Shown piece by piece: positions 63,364 through 64,000 of a DNA stretch of 64,000 nucleotides. Origin of the DNA: Armatimonadota bacterium. Its GTDB lineage: Bacteria > Armatimonadota > SYMT01. Within the stretch, counting starts at the first letter, position 1; each line of letters starts with the position of its first letter. The stretch spans positions 128,001 to 192,000 of the forward strand of contig JAWLHY010000001.1 of the NCBI GenBank assembly GCA_041690135.1. Reading direction: 5' to 3'. Under the pieces are notes generated by a model. It saw only the letters and a program-made list of their open reading frames with translations, was not told the origin of the DNA and searched no databases. A program made the position numbers and the translations under genes.

Positions 63364-64000
63364 ATGGAAAAGATCGTAAGGGCCAGCCTGCTGGCCTTCC
63401 CTCTGGTGGGCCTGCTGCCTGCGCCGGCCTATGCCCAGACGGCCTCCGGCTGACCATTATGACCCGCCAGCGGTTATTCCGCGCAAGGCGGGAACTCCAT
63501 CGGTACGGTGGGGGCCACAGTTCAAAAAGGACACCTGTTCTTCTCAACCATGCACTCCGAAGGTCTCGCGGGTGAGACCGAGACGTTCGTGCGCTACGGG
63601 GTGAGCCGCCGCCTGGAGATGGGCTTCGGCTACCTGTGGAAGCAGGGAATCGTTCGTCCCCTGGCGAGCTACCTGTTTGTCACCGAGGAGAAGAGCCGGC
63701 CCGCACTGACGGGCGGGCTGATGTACGACTCCCTCGGTGGCGGGAGGCAGGGGGTATTCGTCAGCGCTTCCAAGGGTTTTCGCAAGACACCGTTGGGCGT
63801 TCCACTGAGCCTCTACCTGGGAGGCACGCAGATCTCGGGGGAGGATCATCCGCGCTTGATCGCGGGCCTGAGCGTCCCCGTGAACCGCTGGTTGACCGCG
63901 TCGGTCCAGTACGATGGGAAGCACCCGCACCTGGGCCTGACCGCGAAGGTGGGCAGCATCCGCGGCTCCGATCTTCGGGTGGGAGTCGTGGCGGCGGAAG
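63364..64000 (+). CDS. Probable outer-membrane beta-barrel protein with UxxU motif (TGA 63451 and 63460), truncated by window end
   Basis: Signal peptide 'MEKIVRASLLAFPLVGLLPAPAYA', then 'QTASG-U-PL-U-PASG', a hairpin at 63463-63492, and an open frame with amphipathic strands ('RYGVSRRLEMGFGY', 'LSLYLGG', 'LTASVQYDG'). Confidence 0.6.

Noticed and set aside
26521-64000. Alternative genetic code (UGA = Trp or Gly) as the explanation for in-frame TGAs
   Set aside because: Many genes end in TGA with ATGA coupling, Trp is encoded by TGG throughout, and in-frame TGAs occur only at Cys-type motifs.

Overview
This is high-GC bacterial DNA, most likely Armatimonadota. The inference rests on three '[33 protein letters not shown]' prepilin/H-X9-DG genes plus Planctomycete-type DUF1501, DUF1549/DUF1553 and DUF1800 genes. 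The window holds about 50 CDSs and one tRNA-Ala(CGC). Main points: (1) Five genes appear split by in-frame TGA codons at Cys-type redox positions (UGTC, CxxU twice, CU, and a UxxU right after the signal peptide of a probable outer-membrane beta-barrel). These look like unannotated selenoproteins. (2) A ROT/TROVE-like + TerD gene is preceded by a promoter and a three-module structured RNA: a hairpin, a tRNA-like cloverleaf and a Y-RNA-like long stem. (3) A cytoplasmic M4-type protease, an MBL hydrolase and an amidase/alpha-beta-hydrolase/caspase fusion form an apparent operon. (4) A cluster of small genes shares an unnamed ~55-aa helical domain next to two orphan receiver domains. (5) GntR-type and DtxR/IdeR-type operator palindromes lie upstream of prepilin-like and DUF1501 loci. 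All calls come from reading the sequence by eye; no database searches or folding programs were run.
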